Below are positions 23,475 to 37,100 of a DNA stretch of 64,000 nucleotides, in pieces. This DNA comes from Takakia lepidozioides (lineage: Eukaryota > Plantae > Bryophyta), in contig CM060732.1 in assembly GCA_030704615.1 (NCBI GenBank), positions 48,732,001-48,796,000 on the forward strand, read 5' to 3'. Each line of letters opens with the position of its first letter. The first letter of the stretch is position 1. Under the pieces are notes generated by a model. It made no database searches. It was not told where the DNA came from and was given only the letters and a program-made list of their open reading frames with translations. The position numbers and the translations under genes were made by a program.

Positions 23475-26400
23475 AATTGAACACCCCATGGTATTTCCTT
23501 CAATTAGGTTGGTACTGTGACCTTGTTCAGATCATCGTCACGTTTTCCAAGCACCAGAGTGTTTATGCATTCAACCTCACGCACCCTCTTGCAACAGGTG
23601 TGTTGGAGCAAAAGGATATCGTTGATTTGGTGAAGGTGAGGCAAACTAGCCAAGTTTTAGAGTTTAGTATAGAGTTGAAGAGGACGAGTTACGTTGCTGT
23701 ACAGACATCCGGCATATGTTTTCCTTCCGTGATGATTTGTAAGTTGTGGATTCAAATTTTCTTTGGATTAAAGCCAGTGTAAGCTAAGATGCTCAGCTTT
23801 TTGCTCAGCTAATTTATAGTGCCTGATTATGAACGGTTTGAACTGTTGTGTCATTCTATATTCTGTACTTTGGTTGCCGCATCTAGGTTCAGGCTTCCTT
23901 GGAAAACCATCCAACTTACCAGGAATTATTGCACAGGACTGGGAGGTTAGCTGTGCTTGTGGCAGAAATCCACGGAGATGTAACTCCGGGAATACTGTCC
24001 TTCGGAGCATGTTATCCACTACCCCTAACCATTTCTTCTATCTGCTTCCCCTGAAGAAGGGTTCTTGAAATTCCTTTGCCCACTGTCAGATTTTTCCCTC
24101 TACCTCTTTCTTCCCAGTATTTACGATTGGTTTTACGTCAAAGTTTGGCAAATCACATAATGTCCTGAAAGGTTCAAGGCAAGTAATGTTCCAGGCCTCA
24201 TCACAAGATATATCCCAACTCACTGACAACATTGCTTCAAAGCACGTTCACAGTTCGCACGTAGCTGCAAAATGGCTGCAATTAATGAAAGAGAGGTTCT
24301 CAGATGCTGATGCCAATCAATTGCCCTGACTTTTGTGCAGCAGCTCTGTAATTGCATGCACATCCAGATTTCTTATCTTGACAGACAGAACAAGCTATCT
24401 TCTATGCAAGGAGACCATATGGAAGGGCCTTGGGATCAACCACACAAGGTATTGTGAGCTTGTTTTACAGTGCATTGTCATCTGCAGGAGCAGCAATTAA
24501 AAGCTCCTTGCGAATGTGGGGCTTCAGACTCACCACATGAGCATGGGATACAGAAGAGGGATGTTTGGAAGAGATTGTTGTGGTGATAGCAGCACACAAG
24601 CTCACTGCAGGAAGGGGAGAGGAAGAAGCTGCTGTCGTGCTGGTCTCTCCGTTGCACATGGTTGTGCCCTTCTCAGACAGGTGTGAGGTTGACCAGGGTC
24701 CAAAACATCATTATGACCCAACAACCCCTTTACGATATTTTATGCCCTTGGCATCTAGTGGATCCGGAAGTCAAAGGCTGCTGGCCTTTCCCAATACTCC
24801 AAATGCATGTAACTCAATGGTGTAAGTATGTAGGGGGAGCACCCGTGCTTCCGTTTGTTACTATCTAACCATAAATTGTAACTAATCCAAGAGGCGCCAT
24901 AGGGATGTTGACATTAGGCCATGATTGTTATGTGTGATAGTAGGTCTTGCAGTGCTAACTTTTATTTATTTATTTATTTTTGCAAAGTGGGGGATGAGGC
25001 CCACAAAATGTATTAAGAATCCCCAGTGCTAACTAGGTACCTAATGAAAGTTATGAAAGTAAATCTCTGCTGTCTCTCCGTTTATTCTTATTTTCATCTC
25101 TCTATGTAATGCTTTGTTGGGACTAATTACTTAGAGAATCACAATTTCTGGGTGGGCATGGGAATGTTACTGGATCATCTTAGGGGTTATCATCTTGAGG
25201 AGGAAGCATATAGTATCTCATTCGTCGGCTCACAATATTCAAATCCTCAAAGTGCAAAATATACGTTGTTAGTGGATGGATGAATAACAGCCGAATGGAT
25301 GGGTAGAACTTCATGTAGTGAAAGAGGGAGTGCTATATACTATATACCACATAACACATATATATATATATATATATATATGTATATTTAAAAAACAAAG
25401 GGGACGGAGGAACATATAATACTTGCCTTTGTAAAATTTGTGGGAGTACGAAAATATAATAGATAGAGCAAACTGAGGTAACATTTATCCAGGTTTTCCT
25501 GTAAGCGCTTGAATTCACTGGAATGAAGGATGACTGCCATGTATTTTCCAGTGTTGGGTGGGTATATTTTTCGAGGCCAGTTCGCAACCAGGTTCCTAAA
25601 AACCTACACTGCAGATATTACATCTTCCGGAACGGCCTTATATTCAGATCCGGTTGGTATAGGTTTCGATAAGAACATTGCAAGGTCCTTCTAAACCAGG
25701 GATTGATGTTGACAACCTGGAGAACTAGTAGGACCCTAGTATCAGTAAGGAAAAACATCCATCCTCTTTCTTGGATTCATGGCACTCTTTTGGATTTCAT
25801 CCTCCTCACTGCCTACCATTTCATTCCCCTCCACCACCTCTTTTTGTGAACTTGTCCATCCAAACCACTATTCTACTCAAAAAAATTAAACTCCTTTCTT
25901 TAAGAGAAGTGAACCCAAAGCCATGATGTGCATAATGACCAAATCGTACCAGTATCAGTACATACATACATATATGTAAGAAGAATATTTATTTAATAAA
26001 ATAATAACTATTGAAGAAAAAATTACCGTTGGATGGAGAACCGCAGAACTTCATTTTGTCACACATTTTATTGAGTACAGCATGAGAGGGGAATGTTGGA
26101 ATCTATCAGATACCCTTGCCGTTCTTCATGCATAAAACTGATACCGACGGATTTCAAAGCTGTGGGTGTTCGCACTATTGAGAGGAAAGACCTCATTTAA
26201 CAGTCCTTCCCAAATGGGGTGCGGCCAGTGCTCACTCCAGGCGCTGTAGCAAGTTGACCGGATCAGTATTCACTATTGACAGCCTGTGTTGAGATTTGAA
26301 GGGGGACCCACCTCATTTTGAAAGGAAATTGTACTAAGATTTATTTTGATGGGCTTAGTTTTGGGCAGCCCTTCTAGCACAGGATTCACAAACGCAGCAG

Positions 26401-27884
26401 AAGGTAAAAGAATAAGGATTTAATTCTTGATCCGTAGATTTATATCCATAGATCAGGAATTATCCGTAGATTTTGAATGTCATAAATATGGAAAATGCGG
26501 ACATTTGTCCTCGATAGCGTCCTCTGCTTGTGATCCATCATGATACGTTTAGCCCCTTCGTACTGCATCCCTCATGAGAGCCTTCACAAGTTTAGTTCGT
26601 TAAAGAAACCCATGGGTAACATGGGCGCGAAAATGGCGGAAGCGTATGCACATGAGGGCGTGTGTTGCAAATTTCGTATCGGACGATGGGACTGTTTATG
26701 TGACCAAGTATAGCGGCTTGCATCCGTCGTGCATAAGTTGTGGAAAAGGGTGGAGAATATGAAGAAACCCAGCTTTGTGATGGATCCACATGGTATTATA
26801 TAAGGGATGACAGTACAAAAAAACAATTCGAGTCGTCACGGAACACCATCCAGTCCTAAGGTCCTCAAACATCCACACGCACCTGCTGAATGCAGATGTC
26901 TGAGCCATGACGGGAGTAGGTGCAGAATTAGTACATTGTCGCATTTGCCAGGAGACGGACCAGGCTGAGACAATTGCATCTGCAAATGCGCGTGGATGTT
27001 TTGGGTCCATTATGCCGCAAGTCTGTTCACAGTGGGTCCGCTGGCCCGTCAGTGCTCCGAATATTCCCCTTATCGCGTGCATAACAGTCAATTGGGAGGC
27101 GGTCTGCTGGAAGTCCGTCTGTTGGGATATCAATCTGTCGCACTTGTGAATTTGTCAGTCTGTTGTGTCGGAAGTCTGTTGCACTAAGTCTATTCGACTT
27201 CTTATTTTCCCTCCAGTCAGTCTTTTGGCTTGTTCTCCCGCCAGTCTGGCAAAACGTCCGTCTGCTAGACAGTTCTCCTCTATGGATATCAGTTTGTTGG
27301 ACTGTGCATGCATCAGTCTGTTCGTGCCGCGACTGTTCGCAATGGTGTGTTCGACGTTTCCTGTTCTCCCCTTACTCTCTTTTGTCTTCATTCCGCCCAC
27401 TTCTTTGCAAACCAGTCTGCTGAGCTGCACGTGCGAGGACCGTGGATGAATTTAGTACGATGCGTTCGTTCGGTGGACGTATTCAATGCGATGACGCGAA
27501 TAGTTGGTGCCTGTGAAATCGCGCCACGTTGGCAGTGCCATACCCGCTTTCCCCCTTCTATTTCTACTTTCTTCTCATGTTCCCTGTGTCGACTCTATTC
27601 TCTTCGCGCCTGTTTCTTCGCACTGTTTCATTTTCCTCTTTGCGTTTCCATCACCGTAACGAAAGACGGCTGTTCTACCCCAGGTGTGGATAGTCGCGGT
27701 GAGCCGTGAAGTGTCGCAAACACGCTCGCCTTCGTTACAACTCGAAGTTCATCGGCTCGGTGAGGTTCTCACTTGCTACGGTGTTTCCATTCCATTCTGT
27801 GTCCTCTTCTTGCTTAGGGTGAGTCTTTTCATATGACTTCTGTCTGTAGCTCATTGTCCTTGCACCCTCGTTTCATTTCTGCAG

Positions 27885-30800
27885 CGATGGAGGATGCTTG
27901 TGAAAAGGGTGGAGTGGAAGGACGAGCTCTTATGTCTCTTCTGTGAAGAGGTTATCAATGACAAAATCCAACTAAATCGGCATTGTGTTGACACGGGTTG
28001 CAAGGAGACTGTTGCAATGATTCCACGGGATTTCAAGCCTTGGCCGATACTGAAAGAAATGTCGATTGTCAAAGAGGCCACAATGCGCATGCACGGATCA
28101 GTGCTTGACCCCCGCACTTTGGAATTAGACGAAGTGCGCGCACGGTATGGCGTCCATTCTGGTGGCCCGTCAATGGAGGATTTGCAAGTGCATGGAACGC
28201 CGGACGCTGCCAGAAAACGTAAACTGAGTGATGGGGCCCCAAAAAAAAACAAAAAGGAGAAGGCTGCAAGGTCTGCTCGCGAGCAAGGGCAAATCCATGC
28301 GCAGACTGAACCCCGTCCTGGGCGGTAGACCCACACCATCATTACTGATACTGAAAGTGAATCTGCTCAGGGCAGGCAAACCATTATCCGGAATGATGAC
28401 TTTGAAGGCCTGGAAGGGGTGACAAGTCCAGTGGACATTGACTTGCGTGACCAGACTGGGCAGCAGACTCACACAATATCGCGACCCATGCCAGAGGTTT
28501 AGGGTCAAAACCAAACTCACAGAGCACTGAAGGGCCAGTCTGCCCTGGCACATTGCGCCTCGTTGACTTTGGGCTTTTCCCACCAGAATGCCCACCAATT
28601 GGGGATCCAGACTTCTTCCGTTATTTCTACAGAGTTGCCCAGTCAGGTCTGCTACGCACATTCATCCAACAGGCCGAACAGAACTGGTTGAACAGCTTTG
28701 AAGATGAAGATGACGATGAAGTAGTAGATGAGGTAATGGTCAGTCTGACCGCCCAGTCTGTTCTCTGTGCTGTTTGAGTCCATCATGGGGGTCACGTTGC
28801 CTACTCAGTCTGGTCAGTCCGCTGCGTTCTCTCCTCAGTCACTGGCTCATCCGCTCGTCAGTTAGTCTGTTTTATATCGCTGCATTACTTACTGAGTCCG
28901 TTTGTCAGTTCGCTGGTCCAGTCCGCTGGTACAGTCTACTAGTTGCCTCCACCCTACGTACGCACGTTATGTCTGTCAGTCTTCTGGTCTGTGAGTCCAG
29001 TCCGCTGCATGAGGTGAATATAGAGTCCAGGTCCATGTTCCTGACGTCCAAGTTCTCTGCCGTGTACCAAGATGAACGTGTTTCTATTTGTAGGGCCATT
29101 CAGGCTTGGTGGATACCTAGCAATGATGCTCCTTTACAAGTGACTGCGGTGCGTGCGGGAGTACATATTATTGAAGTATCCTAGGTCATCTGCTGCTATA
29201 GCGGCATTAAATATTCAAGACGCGTCGGGGGAGAATGTGTCTGGGACAGCCGAGTCTACCATCCAGCAGACTCCCATTCAGCAGGCCGTCATCCAGCAGA
29301 CTCCCATTCAGCAGCTTGTCATCCAGCAGACTCCCAACGAGTAGCCTGTCATCCTGCAGACTCCTCTCCAGGAGCCCATCATGCAGCCCATGCCAATGGG
29401 AAGACATGTCATCCAACAGACTGCGGACCAGTAGACTGACAGCCAGCAGATTGACCAGCAGACTATCCTTTCTCCCACATAGCACGGTGTTTTTTGCAGT
29501 TTGGCGATCGTCATCACCGGTAATTCGACCCGGAGCTGAAGACCTCACACTTCCCCGGCTTAGGGTGGGAGAAATTAATCCCCATTTGGATTGGCATAAT
29601 GAGCTCCACCGGATTGTTGCGGACCGCTGGTGGTCATTTGTACCCTTTCATTATTCCATGGAGTTTTTTATTGAAGAAGCCAACCATGTTCTGGAAGCCG
29701 CCTCTGCCGTTGCCATTGAAGCCACAACCGTCCAAAATGCGCTGCCTCTACTTGTGCAGTTGATTCTCATGGATGACCCACGGCCTGAAGACCTCAGACT
29801 ATGCCTATGGCCATCCAACCTTTGGGGTGGTCGAAAGAAACACTTGTTCGGATTGACTGCAGGATACTTTGAGCGCATGGCAGCTTCCTTCGTACAACAC
29901 AGATGGATGCAATTTGGCAATTTCCGCTCTCAACAAGTTGATGAAGGATCTGCAAGTTTGAGGATGGACTTACTCCATGTAACACGACCATTCACAGAAG
30001 TTTGTGGTGGATAACGCATTGCAGTGGTTTGCTTGGTGATGGAGCGAGCAGTATTCGACATTGTTTTGCAGAATCCCATGTCTTCAAAGTCCTGTGGTGT
30101 GGGACCCCCACCCCACTGAATACCGCATCGGCGCCATTGCTTCATCTCGATGGAGCATGCTTGTGCCGACCAATCAATGCATTGGCCTCGTTCGGAAAAT
30201 CTCTTGGAAGGTAAAATTGTTTGGGCAACTTTCCGTGTTTCAGCTCCATTTCTTTTGCCAACTTTTTTAGAAGTTCACATTTGCAGAAATATGTATTGCA
30301 GGGCGAGTTGATCTGGGAGACAAGCAAGTGCAGGCTGTTTTCGACTCTTTTGCAAGGTGACAAGTGACATTGTCCTGGCTTTACAGAGTTCGGGAGACTG
30401 TCCGCAGACTTGCCACGAGCATGTCCAACACATATTCCCCACGACACATGTGGGCATACTGCCCAAGTGCTCAGAGACCGAGCATGTGTCACCACACCGT
30501 TCCCATTAAAGGCCGGACCACTCCCAGTAGACTGCCCCGCACCACCAAACTCAGTATGTTCAAACAGTACTGAGCGGACAGCGAACTTTGCAGATTTTGC
30601 AGCAGACCGGAGAACAGCCGGGCGCAAACAGACTGCCCCTTAGCCGATTGTGCAGTAGACCCGCGAACATGGCCAGTAGACTGCCCCTCAGCAGACTGTG
30701 CAATAGACCGGCGAATCCAGCCAGCAGATTGCCCCCCCTCACAGACTATGCATCACACTGGCGAACCCACTCAATAGATGGCCGAGCAACTATCCAGGAG

Positions 30801-33444
30801 ACTAACAGCCAGTCTTTTCCCGGATTGTGCACAAACTCGGTGCGCTGGCCTCACTGGGACCCTGTGGACGAATTTCTGCTGAGTTCCCAACAACGTGTTT
30901 TTGGATCTGCCAGTATAAGTGTTTTGAGCGAGTCCACTTTTCCCCCAGGCACATTCACTGACAACGTCATCGGTAAGCATTCTTATCCAGCTCCCCATGG
31001 CCTACTCTCTATGACCTTCCAGCTCATTCCCGTTTTCGTGCGCTCAGTGGTGAAAGCCATAGATGAGTCTTACGTAATGACCGAACTCAATCTGGAATGC
31101 AAAAACGTATCATAGATCTTACAGAAGATTTTGACGAAGCAATTGCCGTGGGTCTTCCATACATTTCTTGATGTTTCCCAAGTCCATGGAGATCCGAACA
31201 CCCAGCCGGCTGTCCACCAGACGGACCAGCACACTGAATAGTCTACACATGGAAGGACTGTCGAGCAACCTGCGGCGGGGCAGCAAATTGTCTTCATGGA
31301 TGAGTAGACTGAACCGCAGACTAACCAGTAGACTGCACAGATCATAGAGGGAAGGACTGACCAGAATGGCTCGGAGCGGCAGACTGCATAGCTCAGCTCT
31401 GACTGCACGGCCTGACCAGCACACTGCACACTTCACAGAGGGAATGACTGATAACCAATCGGCCACCAAGCACACTGCCCACATTGAGGAAAAGACTGAA
31501 CCACAGAGTTGCCAGCAGACTACACAGTTAACAACAAAGGACTGACGAAGTACTGGCGGCCGAGCAGACTGCCCACATTGAGCAACAGACTGAACATGCT
31601 GGCAGACACACTGACGAGGACCCACATGCGGCGCAGACACCATCTCGTATAGCTCTGGATTACATGGATTTTGCTCCCTCACCCCTTGGGCAGGTTGTGC
31701 CATTTCCTCTTTCAGCACGTTGTTTATATTTTAGCACATTGTGAAATTGGGCTAATCTCGCCATTTTGCTCGGTATCCTCACAGGATGTTCCGTCCCTCC
31801 GTCCGTCGGCAACTGTCTACTTCTGAGGACATGACATCTTCCGCCTATGCTGCAAACGTGGGATCGACCAACCAAGAAAGGTGTGGGGGTGAGCACGCCC
31901 CCCGATGCGCGGGTCCTTTTCTACGCATGCGATCCACGAAGCTGCAAAGACAGGTCCAAGCAAGTGTAACAAACCTGCTGACCAGCCTCTGTTGCGAAGT
32001 AGGGCGGCAGCCCTGCGTTTGTCTGCCTCACCCAGCCCACCTACAGCTGTCCCTGCTTCCTAGGGAGAGGCAAAGCCAAGAGCGGACTGCTTGGACCATG
32101 CTGAGGAGGTCGAAGAGGGTCCGAGTACCAAGAGACTGCGAAGAAAAATCTAGCGTCTTTATGAACAAGAACCGCAAGCTGGCCTTGGCATGGACAAAGA
32201 TGTGGGTCGTTTCTTGGAGCAGCACAGGTGATTACTGTGCTCAGTCTCCTCGTCTGTCTTTGGTCGTTAAGTGCTTTGCGATCTGTTGTGGTCAGTCTGC
32301 TGCTGTTGTCATCATTGTCTGTTGTGGTTATCTTGTCAGTCTATTGATGAACTGTTCAGCCTGTAGAGTGTTTTTGGTACCATGTTGACGTCATTCTGTT
32401 CAGTAAATGAGGCTTCCCGAAGGATGGTCTGCCCGTGCAGGATGGGTGGGTCGTTTGGCAAAGCATATGCTCTGCACGTCAAGGCGGGTAATTCCATGCT
32501 GATGTTTTTTTGAAGGGGACCCACGTTTGAATGCGGACTGTCGCCAGATGACATAAAGGCGCTCCAAAAGTTGAGTCGGAGTGCACAGATAGACTCTGGA
32601 GCTGTGGTGTCCGATTCTATGAGAAGTCGGTTAGGTTACGTTCACCAACACTATTGCTGTTCTTCCACGTCGACGTGGACGGTGTTGAAGTTCATTGGGG
32701 GTGGGGCAACGTGAAAGCCTCTGGAGGTCTTCAAGGTTGCCTCAGCATTGAACGACTGGGCAATGACTTGAAAGAGTGGCGATTTCATTTTGTGCCATTG
32801 GGGACGAGTAAGAACTCTTCCGAATCTGCTGAGACTGTCTCCTAAGTCATAGTCTGGTTTTGCAGTGTCGTCTTGACTCTGAGCGATTAAGTTGACCTCT
32901 GTATTTGTCTAGTGGACTGGGTTTGAAGATTGAGTCAGCTGAGTGGTCGGTCTGCTGAGTGTCAGTCTGTTGAGTCTGCCCATCATGATTGTGCATTGAC
33001 GCCATGTTGTTTGATACCATTGCAGGGGGCATTGAGTGTTGTATCGTAACCTCCGCAAGGCTGTTACCACTCATCTAAACTCGATCAGGGACTCGCATAG
33101 TTGTCCCTTTGTTCTAGGGTGGATTCGGAAGCTTCATGTTGAGTGCTTAGGGTACTCGATGGACTCACCGGAGTGGCAACGAATTTCCCAAGCATTTCAG
33201 TTCCACGCACCTGATGTGCCCAACACCATTCAGCTGGGAGTGTGGCTTTTACGTCATGTCATTCATTCAAGTGTTTTATGAGTGGGTAAAAGTTCGAGGA
33301 AATGTCTCCAAGACTGCAAAGCCAGAGAGAGGAACACCTTTCACGAAGGACTGGTTTACTTTCAAGTTTGCACTTGGCACGAATGCAGTGTGCCCAGTAT
33401 ATCGTGTGGGGGTTTTGGACAATCTAGAGAAACTGCTCTCATGA
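27885..33444 (+). pseudogene. MULE cargo gene(s), multi-exon and disrupted, ending in a Ulp1/peptidase C48-like domain
   Basis: Cys/His cluster CLFCEE...RHCVDTGC near the start, QT-rich repeats, then HW (32693), THLNS (~33070) and WECGFYVMSFI (Cys 33241) in the order of the Ulp1 His-Asp-Cys triad. Several stops and frameshifts. Confidence 0.6.
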
Positions 33445-34199
33445 GTATAGATGTACTTGTCCTGTGAAGTCTATGTATACCGAAATAAAAAATGTGAGTC
33501 TTTTCGCTTACTATTCCAGTGGTGATGAGCACTTTTGTGTACTGTGGGTGCTGGCATGTTTTGTAATGTTGTCACTAAACTCAATGGATACAATGGTGTC
33601 ATTTTTTTCATGCACTGTGCACCCCTTAGTCTGCTGAGCTGAATGTGCGAGCAGTATGCTGCGAGGTTGGGACTGTTGGGTCTGGTACCGCCTAGTTGGT
33701 AGGCACCATGTCCATGAGTCCGCGGGACGTTGGATTGGCATGAGTCGTTAGGGAGGTAGTCCTGGGAGCCTGTCCATTTGAGTCTGCTATTGTGGATGAG
33801 TCTGCTTGAGACTTAGTCTGTCCAGCAGTCTGTTGGAAGAGTTGCAGGGATGAGGTGGGAGTGTGGTGAGTAGAAGATCGGAGTGGACAGCGAACTGGGC
33901 AGCAGACTGACCATCGGACTGGCTTACTGGCATGCGCAGTCTGCTGACTGTGACTCTGTTGGGAGACTGTGCGTGAGTCCGTTGGGAGACTATGCAGAAG
34001 TCTGTTGGAGAGACTGTTGGGAGTCAGTTGGGAGACTGGAGGAGTCCGTTGGGAGACTCTGCAGCCGTCTGATGGGAGTTTGTGCCGGAGTTTGCTGGGA
34101 TTGTGGAGACTGGAGAAGTCCGTTGGGAGACTGTGCATGAGTCCATTGCGGACTTGTATTTCAGAAAGGAACAATGCTACCAAAGGAATTGCAAACTTA

Positions 34200-37100
34200 T
34201 ATTGTCTTCTTTGTGACACCTACACGACCTGGAACCTTGCGAACTTTCTAGTAAATATGTGCTGCAGATGCAGGTGCAGACACCCTCTTGCGGTTCTCCA
34301 CAACAACCCTAGGCCAGGTGTTCCATTCCATGCCTCCACGAAATCTCGTCTTTTTTTAGAGACATGTTGTTGTTGTCGTTCAGAGGACGGAAAGCCTTCG
34401 CTGCCGCAGGTGCAACATTCCATCCACCCGCATTTTTCGCCAGGATATCAACAAGCTGCCCTTTGCACATACGAAGAGCAGATCGGGCATGTGCCTCCGG
34501 TATTTGTCATCACCTACAATGCGAAGTATGTCCGCGAATTCTTGTTTCATCATTGAGGCTGAGACCTCCAGAGGTGCCTCGCTCGTCTGGGAAGTCTCCG
34601 GAGGATGTCCTTTCCTGCACTGATTGGATTCGTCGTTGCCCCCGTTGCCGCGCCGCACCATTGCCTAAGAGCCAAGTTAGGTAATCCTCATGAAGGTTCC
34701 CAGCGCCGTCCCAAGCGTCACAAGGCGGCCATCCTGCAGGTCAGGGTGAAGCATCTTCAGGACACGGACCTGATGCTTGCATCAGTTGTCCCCTTCATTG
34801 GCCCATTGGCACGTGCACAAGCCCAATCAACAATCAGGATTGTAAACATGTATGTTGTGTCCGGGTGGTTGCTGCTAGAAACGAGGCTGGTTCACCAGGA
34901 CCCAAGGAAAGAGTAACATTTTCAGCAGGAATGTTCTTGTGCCGCAAGTATAGAATACTGATATGTACTTTTCGTGTTGTGTCATTCTTATGAACCCGTG
35001 GTCGTCAAATGGATTGCGTACCAGTAGTGTGTTAGCACACGGTCAGTGAGTTCCCATATAAGCCAGTCCACTCTACGACCACTCATCTTGCCTTTCCCCA
35101 TGCAAGTCTTGCCTTCAGATTTCCATGGTATGCCTCAATGCTTGCGTTTGTGTCTTGGCGGGCTACTGTACACCACATTGCTATTTTGGGCTTCCAGTAC
35201 CCACGCTCGATATAGTCAAGAAATTATATCCTTTCGGGTAATTTTGACCTCATCGCGACGATTCTCCTTGCACCCACCCGAAGCGCTCTTTTCTCGTTGC
35301 GTGGTCCCCTCTATATATGAGGTCTCCCATATCCTTCAACAAGTTTTACCGCGTCACCGGATCCTTCGTTTTTTCTTGCATGATTGCTTCACCCCTGCCT
35401 TGCGGACATGCCAAAGGTAGAGGAAAATGAGTATTCCTTCAAAAACAATTTGCACAACACACATGGTACATATTAGAGTCTTGGGATTCAGACTGCAATG
35501 GTGGACTGCCTAGTGGACTGTAACAACGACTTGTATCAGCGGCAGAGCCACTGGACTCGCCTAGTGGACAGTACAATGCCATGACGTTTTAATGTTGCTG
35601 GAATAACCCCATTTACTGACACAGCAGACTGCCGAGCGGACTTGCCAGGGACTGCCGAGTGGACTTGGCAGCGGACGGCCGACCCCAAGGACTGCCGAGT
35701 GGACTTGACCGGACTTGGCAGCGGACTGCCCCATTGGACTGCCACAACGGACTGCCGAGCGGACTTGCCAGGGACTGTCGAGTGGACTTGGCAGCGGACG
35801 GCCGACCCCAGGGAGTGCTGAGTGGACTTGATAGCGGACTTGGCAGCGGACTGCCGAACGGACTTGCCAAGGACTGCCGAGTGGACTTGCCAGCGGACTG
35901 CCCAGCAGACTTGCCACGGACTGCTGAGTGGACTTCCCAGTAGACTGCCAAGCGGACTTGCCGGGGACTGCCAGCGGACTTGCCAGGGGACTGACGAGCG
36001 GACTTGACAGCGGACTACCAGTGGATTTGCCCAGCGAACTGCCATCGGATTTCGCCACATGAGTCTGCCAGTGGACTGTAGCAATGGACTGCTGCAGTGG
36101 ACCTCGACAATGGACCGGTGTTGTGGACCAACAGACTTACCGAATAGCGTTGATTTCTACTTCGGCATCGTCCACAATGAAGGCATTGGGTCGCCAGCTT
36201 GGCAAATCTGCGAGGAGTGAATCACGCAAGGCTCTCATCCACGGCACCAGGTCTGTTGTCCGATTCCTCGCGGATAGGATATAGGCAACTGGTATACCGT
36301 TCAACCACTCGTCGAAGACCATCAACGTGTACAATGAGAACTGTTGGAATGCACAATGTCAGATGGTTAGAGCATGCAAATTCCGCTCAGTTCTGCACGA
36401 GAAGACTTCATAAGAGTGATGAGGTCTGCAGCGGTTCACAATGGGTCTGCCCCTCGGTCTTCCGCAACGTACACATGAAAACATACAGAAAGGGTCAGCA
36501 CACCAAATTTTATGTGAATGCTGCATGGTACTATACTATCATGCTCCTACAAGTCCATGGAATCGTTCGAATAGTACCTTGTCATGATTTGTCCCAAAGG
36601 TTGCATCACATGCAACGATACGGTCATGTCCTAGTTCCAGCATTTGTCATTTCTGCCACGGAGTCTGTATGCCAATAGTGAATGTCAAATCTCCATCAAA
36701 ATGCTCGAATGTTGGCTCTAATTTCTCCTCTTGATAGAAAAAAACGGACACAGGATTCTGGTTTCTCCACATGCGCACACTCTCCGCATCATCGGCGTGC
36801 TTTTTGAAGGTTTGCCACGCACGTTTCTCGGCAAGGTTGCGAACATCTTGCTCCAATAAGAAATCATCGCGGGTCCATGCATCGCCCAAGCCGGTGTTGT
36901 TCATCACGTGCTCTTTATGCTCCATCATGATTTGGGCGACCGACATGCCTCAGCACAAACACTCGACGACCCAGGCTTTCAATTCCTCGCTAATGTGTGG
37001 TGCATAGGCGTGACGGGTGTTCCTGAACTCTGCGGACTTCCCATGCGAGGGTTTTCCTTGCGCATCTGTATGCTCCATGTTGTTGTAGTACGTGAGGACA

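Noticed and set aside
24150-24870. Possible decayed gene fragment (PILQMHVTQW, faintly BAHD-like)
   Set aside because: Too short and interrupted to assign.
26612-26640. Alternative left MULE terminus GGGTAACATGGGCGCG resembling the reverse complement of 38085-38108
   Set aside because: Only patchy similarity and no matching TSD, so it was not adopted. The element ends remain unresolved.
35536-36084. Long overlapping ORFs in several frames (also 33692-34219)
   Set aside because: Artefacts of stop-poor minisatellite. The 35.5-36.1 kb array lies in an intron opened by GTAAG.
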